DNA of 64,000 bases from Raja brachyura (Eukaryota): NCBI GenBank assembly GCA_963514005.1, contig OY740802.1, forward strand, positions 15,314,001 to 15,378,000, in the 5' to 3' direction. Positions 12,731 through 25,790 of the stretch are shown here, one piece after another. Below the pieces are notes generated by a model. It was not told the origin of the DNA. It was given only the letters and a program-made list of their open reading frames with translations, and ran no database searches. Made by a program: the position numbers and the translations under genes. The first letter of the stretch is position 1. Each line of letters begins with the position of its first letter.

Positions 12731-14379
12731 CTGCTGCTTAATTGCTTGGTTGTTCAGCCGCTACAATACAACACTTCACAGTGTGTTAGTGAAAACTAAC
12801 AGAATAAATCATTTTCTCACACTTTGATTAAGATACGGCTTGATAGAATCCAAGAGTTATCTACCCCACATTGTGGAAAACTTTAAATATTCTATTAACA
12901 ATTACAACAATATTTATAGTATCAAAGCAAATTAAGATATCAGTGTTGGATATCACCATACTATTATTTCTGCTTTTTTTTTTCCAAAAGTCCACTGCTG
13001 GACAACCTGATGACACCACTAAGAGAATAGTGATCTGGAAGAGTTACTGAATTTGACAGCATGTCACGACTGGATTAAGATCAGGAGAGATATATAGCAA
13101 TAAACCTGAGGTGTTTATGCAAGTGTGCCATTTCATTTCTATATATGTTCGTCTCTTTACTTACTGTTGGATTTAGTTAATCTTTGCAGATTGTCTGGAC
13201 AGTTGATGTTAGCAGAACCTATCAGTTCTAACAAAAATATTTAAAATTAAAATGGATTTCTTAAAAAAACTCTTAATAACTCCCTCCAACTGTTTGATCA
13301 TCCTTTCAACCACAGATAAGAATGCCAAAACATGACTGAAGGTGTACCAATATCATTTTGGATACTTTGCAATGCCTAATTTAACTGAAGATTCTTGCAC
13401 TTGACCAAGAAGATGACCACAAATACTATGCAGTTAACAAGTTGAGATGAATGCTCTAAAGTGTGTTTGTAGCTGGTTTCCCCTTTCTCTCTACCACACA
13501 CTTTCTTGTACTGTTGCATTGAACAATGTAGATTGGGTCCTTCATCACATTAAAAAATTGGAGTGATTTGTTAGCTTTGACTCTCAACCCTAAATCTAGT
13601 CACACAATAATTCATATGTGCTTTCAGCTGTGTGTACCAGTTAGCTATCAAAAGTGAAAAACAAGCAAGATCAACAAGAACAAAATAGCACGTGTACTCC
13701 CTGCATTCCCTCCCCACCTAAGACCGCAGGGGCCATTTTGAAACCACAACCCAGCTATTTTTATTTGGAATATTAGATGTCTTTATTTGTTATATACCTG
13801 TAAACATACACTGCTAGAGTCAATTAAGACCAATCCAATGAAATGAATGATAGTGCATGAATTCTTGACTGCCAAAGGACTAGGTAACCATCAATTCCAA
13901 AGTCATGATAACTTTAGACTAACCACTCTCCCAAATCTGCTCCTCCATCCAGAAATACTAATAGATATTTTACCGGCTGCAATATAACAAGGATGTGCCC
14001 CAGTATACATAAAATATACTGTGGCACGGTTTAATGAAGCTTTTGCAATAACCTACAATAAGCAATGCATTCCTTGAGATGTCACTTGACTATCCCTCAT
14101 CAATCCTTATATCAGTGCCTTACCAGTTCTGCGAACCCACATCATCCTCAACTGGAGAGAGCACTTTTCATAACTTGTGGCACAAAATGTCCGAATGTAT
14201 GTACCTTGTCTCCCAAAAGGCAGCAAAACCAATTTGGCCATCAAAATATTCTCAATCAAAAGCAAAGTGATGAAAGGCATTATTCGTAATGATGACACCT
14301 GACACATGAAGAATATATTGTTGGTATCCATTTACTTTTATTAGCAAAGTTCAGCTCTGAACTCCGGGACAACACACTA

Positions 14380-14850
14380 GGCAGGGTTCGTAGAGCCACT
14401 TCCTAACAGCTCCAGAGAACCACGTTAACTCCTGACTTCAAAGGTAGACACAAAATGCTGGAGTAACTCAGCGGGTGAGGCAGCATCTATGGAGAGAATG
14501 AATAGGCAACGCTGAGTTACTCCAGCACTTTGTATCTACCTTCGATTCACCAGCATCTGCAGTTCTTTCTTAAACAACTCCTGACTTCACTTGCTCTCTG
14601 TGGGAAGACCGTATGGGTTTCCCCAGGATTCTCCAGTTTCTTCCCACATTCCAAAGTCATGCAGGGCGTTAGGCTATTTAGCTGCTATGAATAGGTATAT
14701 AAGTCAATGCAAGAATTAGGGACGGTGGGGGTGGAGGGAGTCAACGATATTTTGGGGAGAATTAAAGAATGGGATTAATGCAAGATTATTGTAAATGGAT
14801 AGTTGATAGTCATGTGGACTTAATGATCTGAAGGGTCATTTTTCGTGTAA
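14380..14850 (+). mobile_element. Degenerate V-SINE containing a fold-back element (14441-14575)
   Basis: The insert has an exact 14-bp TSD aactcctgacttca (14427-14440/14576-14589). The SINE body continues cttcccacattccaaag. Confidence 0.75.
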
Positions 14851-15039
14851 CATATCTTCATGACTCTCTGATTCTGACCTAAGTACAGCTTTGAGTCAGT
14901 CAAATTAATGATAGACCATGAATTCTTGTCTGACAACGGACTGGGTTTTAAAAAAAAGTGACATTGGCAAGTGAGATGAGGGTGGCTGCTGTAGATAGAC
15001 AGGGTAATGTTTGACCAAGTATAGTGTTCATGGTGTATC

Positions 15040-15400
15040 ACTGGTTAAGGAATCATGCAGCAAGGACTGGTACAAATAAAGTCAATAGGAATTGAGGGGC
15101 GAACATCACCCACAAGAAGATGCTGCAGCAACTTACTGATCCCTTCAGAGGCGTCTCCTAACATATAACTATCTTGGAGATCAAACTGAACAGTTTTCCA
15201 TCCCATTCTCAATCTCAATGTGGAAATATGTCTACGTACCTTAGTCGTCATTGCAAAAAGGTCAGATTAATCCCTGCCTATCAACCCTACTGGGCTAACT
15301 TCACTATAAGGAGTGCAACAATTCAAAAAGTCATTACTACTTACTCAAAGGCAAATAAGAATGATCCACAAATGCAGATCTTGCCAGCAACATGGTCTGC
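15040..15400 (+). mobile_element. Possible ancient Gypsy pol remnant (integrase zinc-binding region)
   Basis: MIHKCRSCQQH at about 15361-15393 (CxxC) and an upstream PYW resemble the YWP...CxxCQ motif. Confidence 0.3.
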
Positions 15401-16290
15401 ACAAATAAAAATAATTTATAGTCAGAAAGGTGTTTGCAATGAGTTATCACGTAAGATAATGAGGTGAATTACAACTTTCTGGCAGGGTGACCAGCAATTT
15501 CCCTCTATGCCACCAGTCCCTACGTGCATTAGCGTCAAATGACAATATCACTTTTACTGCAGCACAGGGAAGAGCATGCGAGGCAACATAGTGCAAAGGA
15601 AAAATTAAAGTTCAGATTGGGCAGGAATTATGCAGAACTCAGCACATCACAGGGCTATGTCACCTGAATACTTCGATTCCCTCAGGAACTAAACCAACAA
15701 AAGCCTCTGAAGGATGTTATTTACCTGAAGCTTGTACAATCTCTTTGCAGGTTCCCACCCTTACCGCACTAATATAATCAAAATCAACTTTGCTGGATAC
15801 GATCTTGTATTTCATCGACAAGGAACACTAATAAAGTCACCATGCAGATACCAAAATCAGCCTGAACAATAAACCTAAGCAGTAAGATTTAGAGCATTAG
15901 CATTGGCTTGTAATTAGGACAGGTGAAAGTTTGATGCAGTGACCTACTCTAGGACTCACCCTTACAATTTGTCAGACTAAAAAGTATGGACAATGCCCAA
16001 TGGGTTGGGGTCATGACCATTCTAGAGCAGGAGCAGATTATGTTGGATGCAACATTTCTTGCTTTAGATACCAGGACAGGAATTGGTAAAAATCTGTTTG
16101 TTGGTTGATTGAGATATAATTAGTCGTACTTTCACACCTAAACCTTCATTTTCTGGCCTTCACATGCAGAGGGCTAAATTGAAATGTGATAAGTTTGTAA
16201 CTGTGGATAAGATTCCATGGACCACATTAAGAGTTCAGCAATAAGTTCAGGACACCACACTTAGATTTACCAGAATAATGGCAACTCTTA

Positions 16291-16524
16291 AGGGCCTGTC
16301 CCACCTGGCGATTTTTTCGGCGACTTTCGGCATCATTGACTGACGTATCAGATCACCGAAAAATTTGCGGCATGATGCTGCGGTGCCGTGGCGTGATGAC
16401 ATATGACGTGCGGTGTTTTTTCAAGTTGCAACATTTTTTTGTCGCTGCTGGATTTTGAAATGTTCAAAATCTTTTGGCGACACTGATATGACGCTAAAAA
16501 AAAATCGGCAAGTGGGACAGGCCC
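16291..16524. mobile_element. Harbinger-type MITE
   Basis: TTA+AGGGCCTGTCCCAC ... GTGGGACAGGCCC. The right TSD is lost and the interior is unrelated to the 1305 copy. Confidence 0.75.
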
Positions 16525-19332
16525 GTGGGATAGGGGAGACTAAAACTAGGATTCAGTAGCAAGAGAAGATTACAAACATAGGATTGTATTCTCTGCAACT
16601 ATGAATGTTATGGGTTGATTTTGTTTAAACCTTTCGAAATATAGATAAAACAGAGGATAAAAGAGAGAACAAAATATTTCCAATGATTGGAGAAACAAGG
16701 GCTAAGTTCATGATCTAACAATTAGAACCCGTTATTTAGGGAACATAGACATAAAAGACCTCTACATACAAACAGTTGCAAGATTAGGATAATTTATGAT
16801 AATTGAAATGATAATTGATGATAATGAAAATCTAAATTGAAAAACAAAAAATAATGGAAGATCTATTTTAGATTCTTCAATTCTGACTTTTCTTCAATTC
16901 TGTTTCTCTCCCCACAGATATGGCCTGACCTACTGAGTAGTTCCAGATTTTCCATTTTTATTTTATAATTGATGTTAAATCAGCTGTTAATTATACATCC
17001 AAGATTCATAAATCTTTGAAAACTAATGACATTAACATACTCCTCGTAAATTTTCTTACAAAAATAAGGACAAGGTGAGCTTATGGAATTAGCTGATAGA
17101 TCTGCGGTGATATCATTAAATGATAGACTAGATTGAGAGGCACAATAGCCCGCTTGTGCTGTTACATTTCTATTTTCATTTCTACCTCGAAACGACTTTA
17201 CCATCGGGCAATCTTGGCCAAGTACCTATGCTTCTTCCGCTCTACATCAGGGCCATCTTGTTGCAGAACCAGGCCTTAAGATTCATCACCGAAAACACAG
17301 CACAGATGGTGCCTCTTTGTGCCTGTGCCAATTCCAGTTCTTCAGCTGTAGCTGTCTAATCCCATTCCTATGTTCTTTCCCCATATCCCTACAGAGCACA
17401 TACATTACACTGCGCATCATCATGTCAATCATATTATGTGCACAGTTTTGATAAATATCTCACAAGATAATTTACTTAATACATAATGTCCTTTTAAATA
17501 GTGTAATTGACATAGGATTGCTCTAGTATGTGTAGCCATAATGCATATATTCAAAAGGTGTACAAGGTGATGATGCATGGTGACTACAAAAACCATACCA
17601 CTCATTTTAAACATATGTAAGGAACTTCAGCTATTCCCCATATGAAATAGTGTAATAACGTATTTAAATTCTATTGATTGCACTACTTGTATACAAGATT
17701 GGAAAAGTCTGGCTTAGTAATTGCTGGACTTTAATGGGCAGAATCAGGAATGAATTACAATGCAGAATTATGAGCGGAAGGTCTCCTCAAAGTGGGTCAT
17801 GCAACAAAAACAAAATCTAGAGAAATTCCACCGAGTCCTTAAAGGGAGCAATATGACCTGTGTAAGGGCACCCCTTAGGATAGTCAGACTATAAACCATG
17901 CCCTTTTTGATAATAATTTGGTAAAACTATTTTTCCATCCATTATTTGAAAAGCATTGTAAAAGTCAGTGAGCACAAATATTTTGACCCATGAAGCCTGT
18001 TCCTTGCAAAGATTGGTTATAACATAGTTAATACTAGATGAGTTTTCCATTCATTTAACTGAGTAAAGAATAAAACAATCAAGACACTGTGATGTTTTTC
18101 CACTCCCATGCATTTTCACCATTAAACCCTGACTCGAGGACATTTACCCCATTTGTCTACTCCTGTGAAACTTGCTCCCCTATCCGCTTAGGCTATTGAA
18201 ACTCCACAGTATTTAGTTATCCACATATCTTCATTACTCAATCAAACCCAAGCTCTTTTCAACAAACTGCCATGTACAGTCTTATCATACAAGGAGTCAA
18301 GATAAATCCCTTAAAAAAAAAGGTTAAAATAACTTGAAACAAACAAACAATTAATGAGAATGAGTTTGTTCTGAAGATTATATTCATTTGATTTTTTTGA
18401 GAAATATTTAAATTCTGGGAATGTTTTCCTTCCTGGTCTGTGCATGTTTAAGTTCTGCTTGTTAATATTTCAACTCTTTGTTTAAATTGGTTGAAGAAAG
18501 GCCTTTAAAACAGAGTGCACTGAACAATCAAAACCCTGGATTCAGACGAGACTAATTTGATTTTACTCCTGGAGTACTCCAACAAAATGGTAGTCTGGTA
18601 AACAAAAACACGCAATGACATGTACCACATTTATACGCACGACACAAGTCAATTTCAAACTGGAGTCAACTTTATTTTGATGCACATCAAATTAACTTAA
18701 CAGCATTTACAAGCTGCCACTTTTGCCTGCATTCACAAATAGAAATATGCTTGCACTTGACTCAAACAGTTCACATGCATCAGAGAAGACAACTTGAAAG
18801 AAAAGAAACACATATCAGGAATGAACATGTTATCTTTGTGGATTAAATTTGATGCACGATGCACTTATATTGAGGAAAGCTGGATTTAATTTAACCCGAC
18901 ACGATTTCAACGTTATTACATGCTTGCAATGCTATGAGTTACAATTTTCTTAATTAAAAATGCAAAAAATGTCTGCCATGTAATAGGTACATTCTTTTAT
19001 CACTTGCCAGAATCATAGACATCTAGAGTGAATGACTGGTGAAGACAGTATTCACTCTAAAATGCAACCATCAAGAACATTTTATGAAACACAGCAGCAA
19101 TGAGATTTTACTGTCAAGCTTTACACAACTACATCAGAGTTTTTATACTGCGATGGACTCGTCAATGATTTTCGAAAATAAAGAACAAAAGTTAACTTGC
19201 AGTGAGTGTCACATCTGATAAGACTTTTAACAGCAAAACAATGTGTAAATAAATATTTTACAAACACCAGAGCGATCCATGGCTCTTAAACATTGATACT
19301 GAAATGTTTCACGTAGGCATGTTAGAGCCTTG

Positions 19333-19400
19333 TTGTGTGTGCGCGTATGAGTGTGTGAGTGAGTATGTGTGTGTTTATGTGTGTGCACACCGCGCGTGTG
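19333..19400. repeat. Imperfect (TG)n microsatellite
   Basis: Direct inspection. Confidence 0.85.
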
Positions 19401-19780
19401 TAAATGCACATGGCATTGTGTGCTTTAATGAGCCCTTCTATCTACATTTGGCAGCTGGACCTTCCAGCGGTGTCATTGTTTTTGCCTTTCACCATGCCTT
19501 TCACAAACATCATAGTTGCATTTCACTACATGGCCGATAATGGCTGGTGCGGTTTTGAATTTAGACAATAACGCATTAATACAAAAGAAGACACGCACTT
19601 CCTCAAAAGCTGCCCTTTCCCTGTAGGGTTACAATGCTCCTGAGGTTGAACATTTTTTTTTAAATGGAAAGTTTGCTAAATAGTTGCCCTTATCCTTTAC
19701 TTCAGACAACTACTTTCTAGAATCTTCCACATGTAGGATTTACTTTTGAGGGGCTCCTTCTAAAAGTGAAGTACTTCTAA

Positions 19781-20169
19781 AGGGCCTGTCTTACTTTCCC
19801 GAGTTATTCACAAATTCTCCCAAGTTTTTCACATATTCTCCCAAGTTTTCCCCTTGATTCAAACTTGCAGAATGTTCGTAACGAGTCCGTAGGAGGCCGT
19901 AGGAGTCCGTGGATATATCGTAGCGGCTCGCTATGACAGCCGTAGGTACTCGGGGCTATATTTTTACTCGTGGACATTTTTGATCAGGCTGATGCCCCGA
20001 GTACCTACGGCTGGCATAACGAGCCGCTACGATATATCCACGGACTCCTATGGCCTCCTATGGACTCGTTACGAACATTCGGCCAGTTTGAATCAAGGGG
20101 AAAACTTGGGTGAATTTGTGAATAACTCGGGAGAATTCGTAAATAACTCGGGAAAGTGGGACAGGTCCT
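19781..20169. mobile_element. Harbinger-type palindromic MITE
   Basis: TAA TSD (19778-80/20170-72), TIR AGGGCCTGTCttAC...GTGGGACAGGtCCT. The arms are complementary over most of the element. Confidence 0.85.
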
Positions 20170-20659
20170 TAAATAAATGGAAGACATTGCTACCATGACA
20201 GGATATATGTTATTACTTTACCACAACAGATATGTGTACTTCTAAATCAACCTAACATAAATATATGAAAACAGGTTTGCAGACATCCAACAACTCCAGT
20301 TTGAAAACAATGTTTTAGTTCCATAATAGTATCAAACTTAAGACGACACTTAATTCTTTGGACAAAAGAGTACGTTTAATTAATCTCTTCAGTTTAGCCA
20401 TGACACTGTAGAAAGGTAAATGCACATATAAATGGCAGTAACCCGAGTGAACCCAATCCGAACGTGTTCAAGAACAAAAACCCCCAAAAATTTGAAAGTA
20501 GTTGAGTGCATGAAATAAATGAACGCAATATTTTATGTATGAGCAGTAAGTGTGATATTTCTCATTGTTTTCATACTTTTTTATTTTAAATATATGTACA
20601 GGAAAGCATTCATATGTAAAGTTTATTAAAAAATATTAACCAAAAAAAAAAATCTTAAT

Positions 20660-21130
20660 CAAACAGAACCTTAAAGCAAAATAGCCTTAATGCTAACCAA
20701 AAATGTCCCAAAATGCTTCATAGCCTATGAAGTACTTCTGAAGTGGATAGACAAAAATGCTGGAGAAACTCAGTGGGTGAGGCAGCATCTATGGAGCGAA
20801 GGAATAGGTGACGTTTCAGGTCGAGACCCTTCCTCAGATGCTGCCTCACCCGCTGAGTTCCTCCAGCATTTTTGTCTACCTCTGAAGTGAATATATTATT
20901 GTAATGTAGGGAAAAACGACTTAGTTTGCAGACAATTATATCCCCCAAACAGAAACATGATAATGGCAAGTTAATCTATTTAGCGATATTGGTTTTGGAT
21001 AAACATGGGAGAATTTTTTTTCCTTCAAAATGGTAACATACACCCTCTTGCATCCAACTGAGAGAGAAAAAGAAAACTTTTACTAGATTGTTACTGAAAG
21101 AGGTCAGTTCAGACAGTGCAGCAATGCCCT
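20660..21130 (-). mobile_element. Ancient DeuSINE/SacSINE1-like SINE containing a fold-back element (20746-20880)
   Basis: gtcccaaaatgcttcatagcctatgaagtacttctgaagtg...ttgtaatgtagg...cagacagtgcagca. Insert TSD tctgaagtg (20737-45/20881-89). Confidence 0.6.
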
Positions 21131-21514
21131 AGAAAGTCAATGTAAATCTGTTTCAACATGGACAATTGATGAAAAGCGACGGAAGAAGACTTTAAATAAT
21201 CTGAAATCAGATTATTGGGTATCACATCATCTGCTGCAGGATACCTACTGATATCTTCGGATAGTCTTTCACTTAAAAGGATGCCACTGAACTGCAAATT
21301 AAAAATGCACAGTTTGAACTAATTCTCAATGGATGTACATTGACTGTACAAAAGATATTTAACCTTGGTTTTGTGATGTTTCTCCAAAAGGTTACAAGGT
21401 TTGGGAGGCAGAGTCATGCAATAAATCAAACTATGGTCCCCTTGAGATGAATTACATGCTGAGGTTATTTTCACTATTAGAACCCACCTATATCAGGATA
21501 TGTACGGTTCTGAA

Positions 21515-21682
21515 ACAAGCTGCCAAAGAAAATAGTGGAAGCAGATATAATTACAGTATTTAAAAGGTGTTTGGACAGGTACTTGGATAGTGATACAGGA
21601 AAATGCAGGCCAATGGGATTAGCATGGATAGGCATCACAGTCGGCTGGCTGAAAGGGCCTGTTTCTGTGCTTTATGGCTCTA
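21515..21682 (+). mobile_element. CR1 3' end
   Basis: aagctgcca...gtggaagcaga...ttggacaggtacttggatag...gggcctgtttctgtgc. Confidence 0.7.
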
Positions 21683-22766
21683 CAATTCTGTAATTGTTTG
21701 TGAAGCAGAGCCCTAAGATATATTTGAACATACAAGTAATTTTCCTTAGCTACTGAATGCTACAAAAGAACTAAACAATTATTAGTTTAGAATGGAATTT
21801 ACAAAGTAGTGAAGTCAACTCAAATGTTGATTCTTGCCCAAATAGTGCCCCCGTCTGTCTTCAGCCCTGTCAGAAGCCGCCAAAAGAGTCTATACGTTAT
21901 TATGGGAGCCACAGGAGGGGGAACTGGGTTAATTTTTGTACGGAAAGTAGGTGTTATTTTTCTGCTATTGTTCAATATATGATCCGGGTCATAATCATAT
22001 TTCTAAGCAAAACTTAGCCTTTGGATTTAAACACAGTGAAACCCACATCAACCCAAACTCCCTGCTGCTAGTTAATGCATTAGTACTGAGCACATCTGGA
22101 AAGGCAGTGTAGACTGCAACAACCAGACTCCCAAAAGCTTGTTCCCATGACATGCTTTCTTAAGCATGCATGCTCAGTTCAGTTCAGAAAAGAGACAGCC
22201 CCTGCCAGTTTAACTACACTAAAAGAAACATATCAAAACAAGTGCTGTGTTTCAGCATTTATTGCTTTGCTCACTAACAGCTAAATGTCCCTTTCCTTTC
22301 TTGTGAATGATCAGGTTACCTGCGATATTAATTGACTTTTCTCAGCATTATTTTAGAAAGCACAATAAACTTGAGACAAACCACTGTGCAAGATGTTTTT
22401 TTTCCTTGCGATGGGATTAGCTAAAATTTCAATTCTTATTTATAACCTCCAGCAGAAAATTGACTACACACACTGCCTGAGTCAACTGGGACTGCATAAC
22501 ATCAACTTGATTATATCAAATTAACTCAAACATAATTGCACTGCTTGACTAGCCATGGAACTTGTCAGCTATAAACCTGTCAAAAATCCATCAACTTTGC
22601 AGTTAAGTAGAAGCACAAAGCTTGGGTTCCAGAACTTGACATTTTTGGATCTCCGCCTAGTTGAGATGCTTTAGAATTAGCTTTTTTTGCTGTTCTCCAT
22701 TTCCCTTTCTTAAGGTATGCAGACCAAATGAGGAAGCAAGGTAAATGCTGTCATTCTGAACAACAA

Positions 22767-22875
22767 ATTTACAAAATGTGTATTAAAACCTCACTTGCAG
22801 GCATTGAAATTGAGATTCAAGTCGAATCTCAATCTCAATGCCTGCAAGTGAGTTTTTAATACACATTTTGTAAAT
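22767..22875. repeat. Near-perfect inverted repeat (52-bp arms, 5-nt loop)
   Basis: Arms 22767-22818 and 22824-22875 are complementary with 2 mismatches. Loop is aagtc. Confidence 0.97.
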
Positions 22876-23142
22876 GGTCACTAGAACAGGGGTCAGAAAA
22901 GCAAAAGAATAGTATCGATGAAAATAACCAAATCTTTTACTTTTGGAGAATTAAAAAATGAAGACATGAGAATTCAGTTGATAAATCAATTATAATAGAA
23001 TTTATCTAATGGCAATTTTCTACAGGCTAATGTTACGACATTTCATAGACCAGAATAATTTATAGGTGCCAGGTTGCTGCACAGAATTATACAGTATTTT
23101 AACGCAGTTAACTTTTATGTGCTTTGAGGAAATTATTCATAC

Positions 23143-23848
23143 CTAGGAGTGAAAACAGACTTGGCGTGTTACATGTCAAATCACCGCAGAACATCAATAA
23201 TCGACATAAAAAGAGTGCTGGACTGTGCTGCTAAATTGGTGAGGTACGTCAGAAGATGCTGTAAATTCTTTGCTCTTAAAATTTTGCACATTACTACTTT
23301 CGCAATCACATAGGAAAAAACCACAACTAAATTCTGTACTATATACGCTATAGATTGGAATAAATCCAGAGCAGAAGCTGGACCCACTACTTAAAAATGT
23401 ATTGTGAAAACAAGATTGGATGCGTAGTACTACGTGAGAGAGTATGAGCTGTTCTTCCAAAGCTGGCGTCTTATAGATTTTAAATGCTTCCAGTCGGACC
23501 AGTTGTAATTATGCAAATCGCCAATGTTATGTATAAATAGTACACTGCTGATTTCCATGACTGGGTGCCCTGGCGAGAAGTGGTATTTCCATACCCATAA
23601 ATTACCCATCTGCCAAGGGTAGGACTGTTTGGGAAGCTTTGGACCCACAGCCCAATTTTACTGAGATTCATTGGAACAGATGGATCAGTGGAGCAAGATT
23701 TCCTGACGAGCTTTCACTTGTGAGCATTGTTTTTTTGGCCAGATGCACGATTAGGGAGTTAGCCCTTATACTGCAACATTGGAGGAAAACAGCATTCATT
23801 TTATCTGAAAAATTCATCGAAGCAAAATATTTAATTTTATCCCTGTCG
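23143..23848 (-). other. Candidate internal or alternative exon of tshz2 (706 nt)
   Basis: Acceptor ctctttctcttttcacag| at 23849 and donor CTAG|GTATGA at 23142. Non-repetitive and retains CpG. No transcript evidence available. Confidence 0.3.
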
Positions 23849-24431
23849 CTGTGAAAAGAGAAAGAGTGGTTGTGCAGAATCTTGAGAATTTATAGAAATA
23901 TTGAAATACCAATATGCTACCACAAGAAGTGGATTTTAATGAGTGTTCTTATAAGAAGAAAATGAAAAGAGGCAGAAAAGTTTTGGAACAGATTCTAGTA
24001 AACATAATTCAGTAGCTAGTGGGCATTAGCAGACGTAGATTGTGGGAAGGGGTGAAATGGGCAAAATGCCAGAGAAATTGAAACTTCAAAGAGTGTGAAG
24101 TTATAAAACTAGAGGAAATTAGACTGTTAGTATTGGATGGGTCTGTTGAGAAATTCAATACAGGGATTTGGGATTTTTAAACATTGGGCCATGCCAGTGT
24201 AGATCCATGAGTGTGGATGACTGTGCAGTACAAGGAGGGAGCAAATAAAAACAGAAAATGCAGGAAGCACTCACAGGTCCGGCAGCATCTGTGGAAAGAG
24301 AAAAAGAGTTAGCATTTTAAGGTTGAAGACTCCTCTTCGGAGGAAGCAAAATTTAGAATAGGAGTAGAGCGTAGAGGTTTACTGAATGGATTTTGGAAGA
24401 TTTAAGTACAGTATAGAGGTGTCAACGATAT

Positions 24432-24530
24432 CATCAGTCTGAAGAAGGGTCTCGATCCGAAACATCACCCATTCCTCCTCTCCAGAGATGCTGCCTGTCC
24501 CGCTGAGTTCATCCAGCATTTTGTGTCTAT
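24432..24530 (+). mobile_element. Penelope-like element half with hammerhead-like core
   Basis: tcagtctgaagaagggtctcgatccgaaacatcaccc...gatgctgcctgtcccgctgagtt. An older opposite-strand half lies at 24243-24340. Confidence 0.75.
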
Positions 24531-24554
24531 GTTGAACAATATGGCAGCAGTTAG

Positions 24555-25790
24555 AATAGAATAGTACAACACAAGAACACACCCTTCGGCCCATGATGTC
24601 CATGCTGAACATGATGCTAAATTAAACTAATCTCTTCTGTCCACCCACTAACCGACCCATCTACATTTATGTCCAAGTCATCTAAAAATGTGTGTATGAG
24701 TACTGATCTCTACAGAACGCCACTGGTTACAAACCTACTGCCAAAATGACACCTTCCAACCACTATGACCACACTAAGATATGATCTGCCCCATACAAAG
24801 CAATGTTGACTGTCCCTATTTAGCCTATTCCCTTCCAAATGAGAATAAATCCTAATGTAAAGAATCCTCTCAAATAGTTTACCTGTCACTGATATGATGC
24901 TCACCAGTCTATAATCTCCTAGATTATCTCCATTTACCTTCTTAAACAAGGATTCTGTTTAATCTGATTTGCCAGTAATATTTCACAGCCCATTTTGGCC
25001 CTCCTAAAGATAATTTCCTATATTATTAATATTCTAGAAACACCCTATTTGATTTCTTCTTCTGAAACCTTACATATGCTTCCTTATGTTTTTAAACAAA
25101 GTTTTCCAATCTTTCTCATTGTCCAAGGTCCCCTTACCTTGCCATCATTTTCCCTCCTCTTTATTGGAAGGCAGTGGTCCAGAAATCTGATCTGCTGGGT
25201 TTTAATCAATTCTCATTCAAATGTGAATTTATAACTGGTGTCCCCATTTAACTCCATAGCTCCTGTCTAATAATGTTGTAATTTGCCCTCCCCAATTTAG
25301 GTCCAGACATATCCTTATTCATACTATCTTAAAACTTAAACAGTTGTGATCACTATTCTCAAAATGCTCCCCCACTGAAACTCCAATCATTTGACCAGGT
25401 TAATTTCCCAATACAAGGTTCAGTATGGTCCCTCTAGTAGTTAGACTGCCTATATACTGTTTCAAGAAACCCATTTGGAACAAACCTAACACATTCTGCC
25501 CCATCTAAGGAAATCCCAGTCAATATTGGAGAGGTAAAAGTCATCCACTATGACAACCCTATTATATTTGCATTTTTTGATCTGTCTACATATGTCCCTC
25601 TATCTGCTGCTGGCTATTGGTAGGCTATTAATTGGATCATTAATGATACCTTTTCTTATTTTTGAGTTCTAACCTTATAGCTTCAGTGGATGAACCGTCC
25701 AATATGTCATCTCTGTGTGTAACCATGACATTCTCCCTGATTAATAATGCAACACATCCACGTCTTTTACTTCCTTCTCTGTCACACCTG
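24555..25790 (-). mobile_element. Degenerate CR1 LINE (3' end plus RT and endonuclease fragments)
   Basis: Minus peptide FKK..GDNLGDYRLVSIISVTGKLFERI...SQHCFV.GRS matches CR1 RT (NYRPVSLTSV.GK.LE...SQHGF). Confidence 0.85.

Noticed and set aside
21109-21297. 62-aa protein-like ORF (PAADDVIPNNLISDYLK) on the tshz2 strand
   Set aside because: TTG start, no convincing splice pair or TSD, no recognisable motif and not TSHZ sequence.
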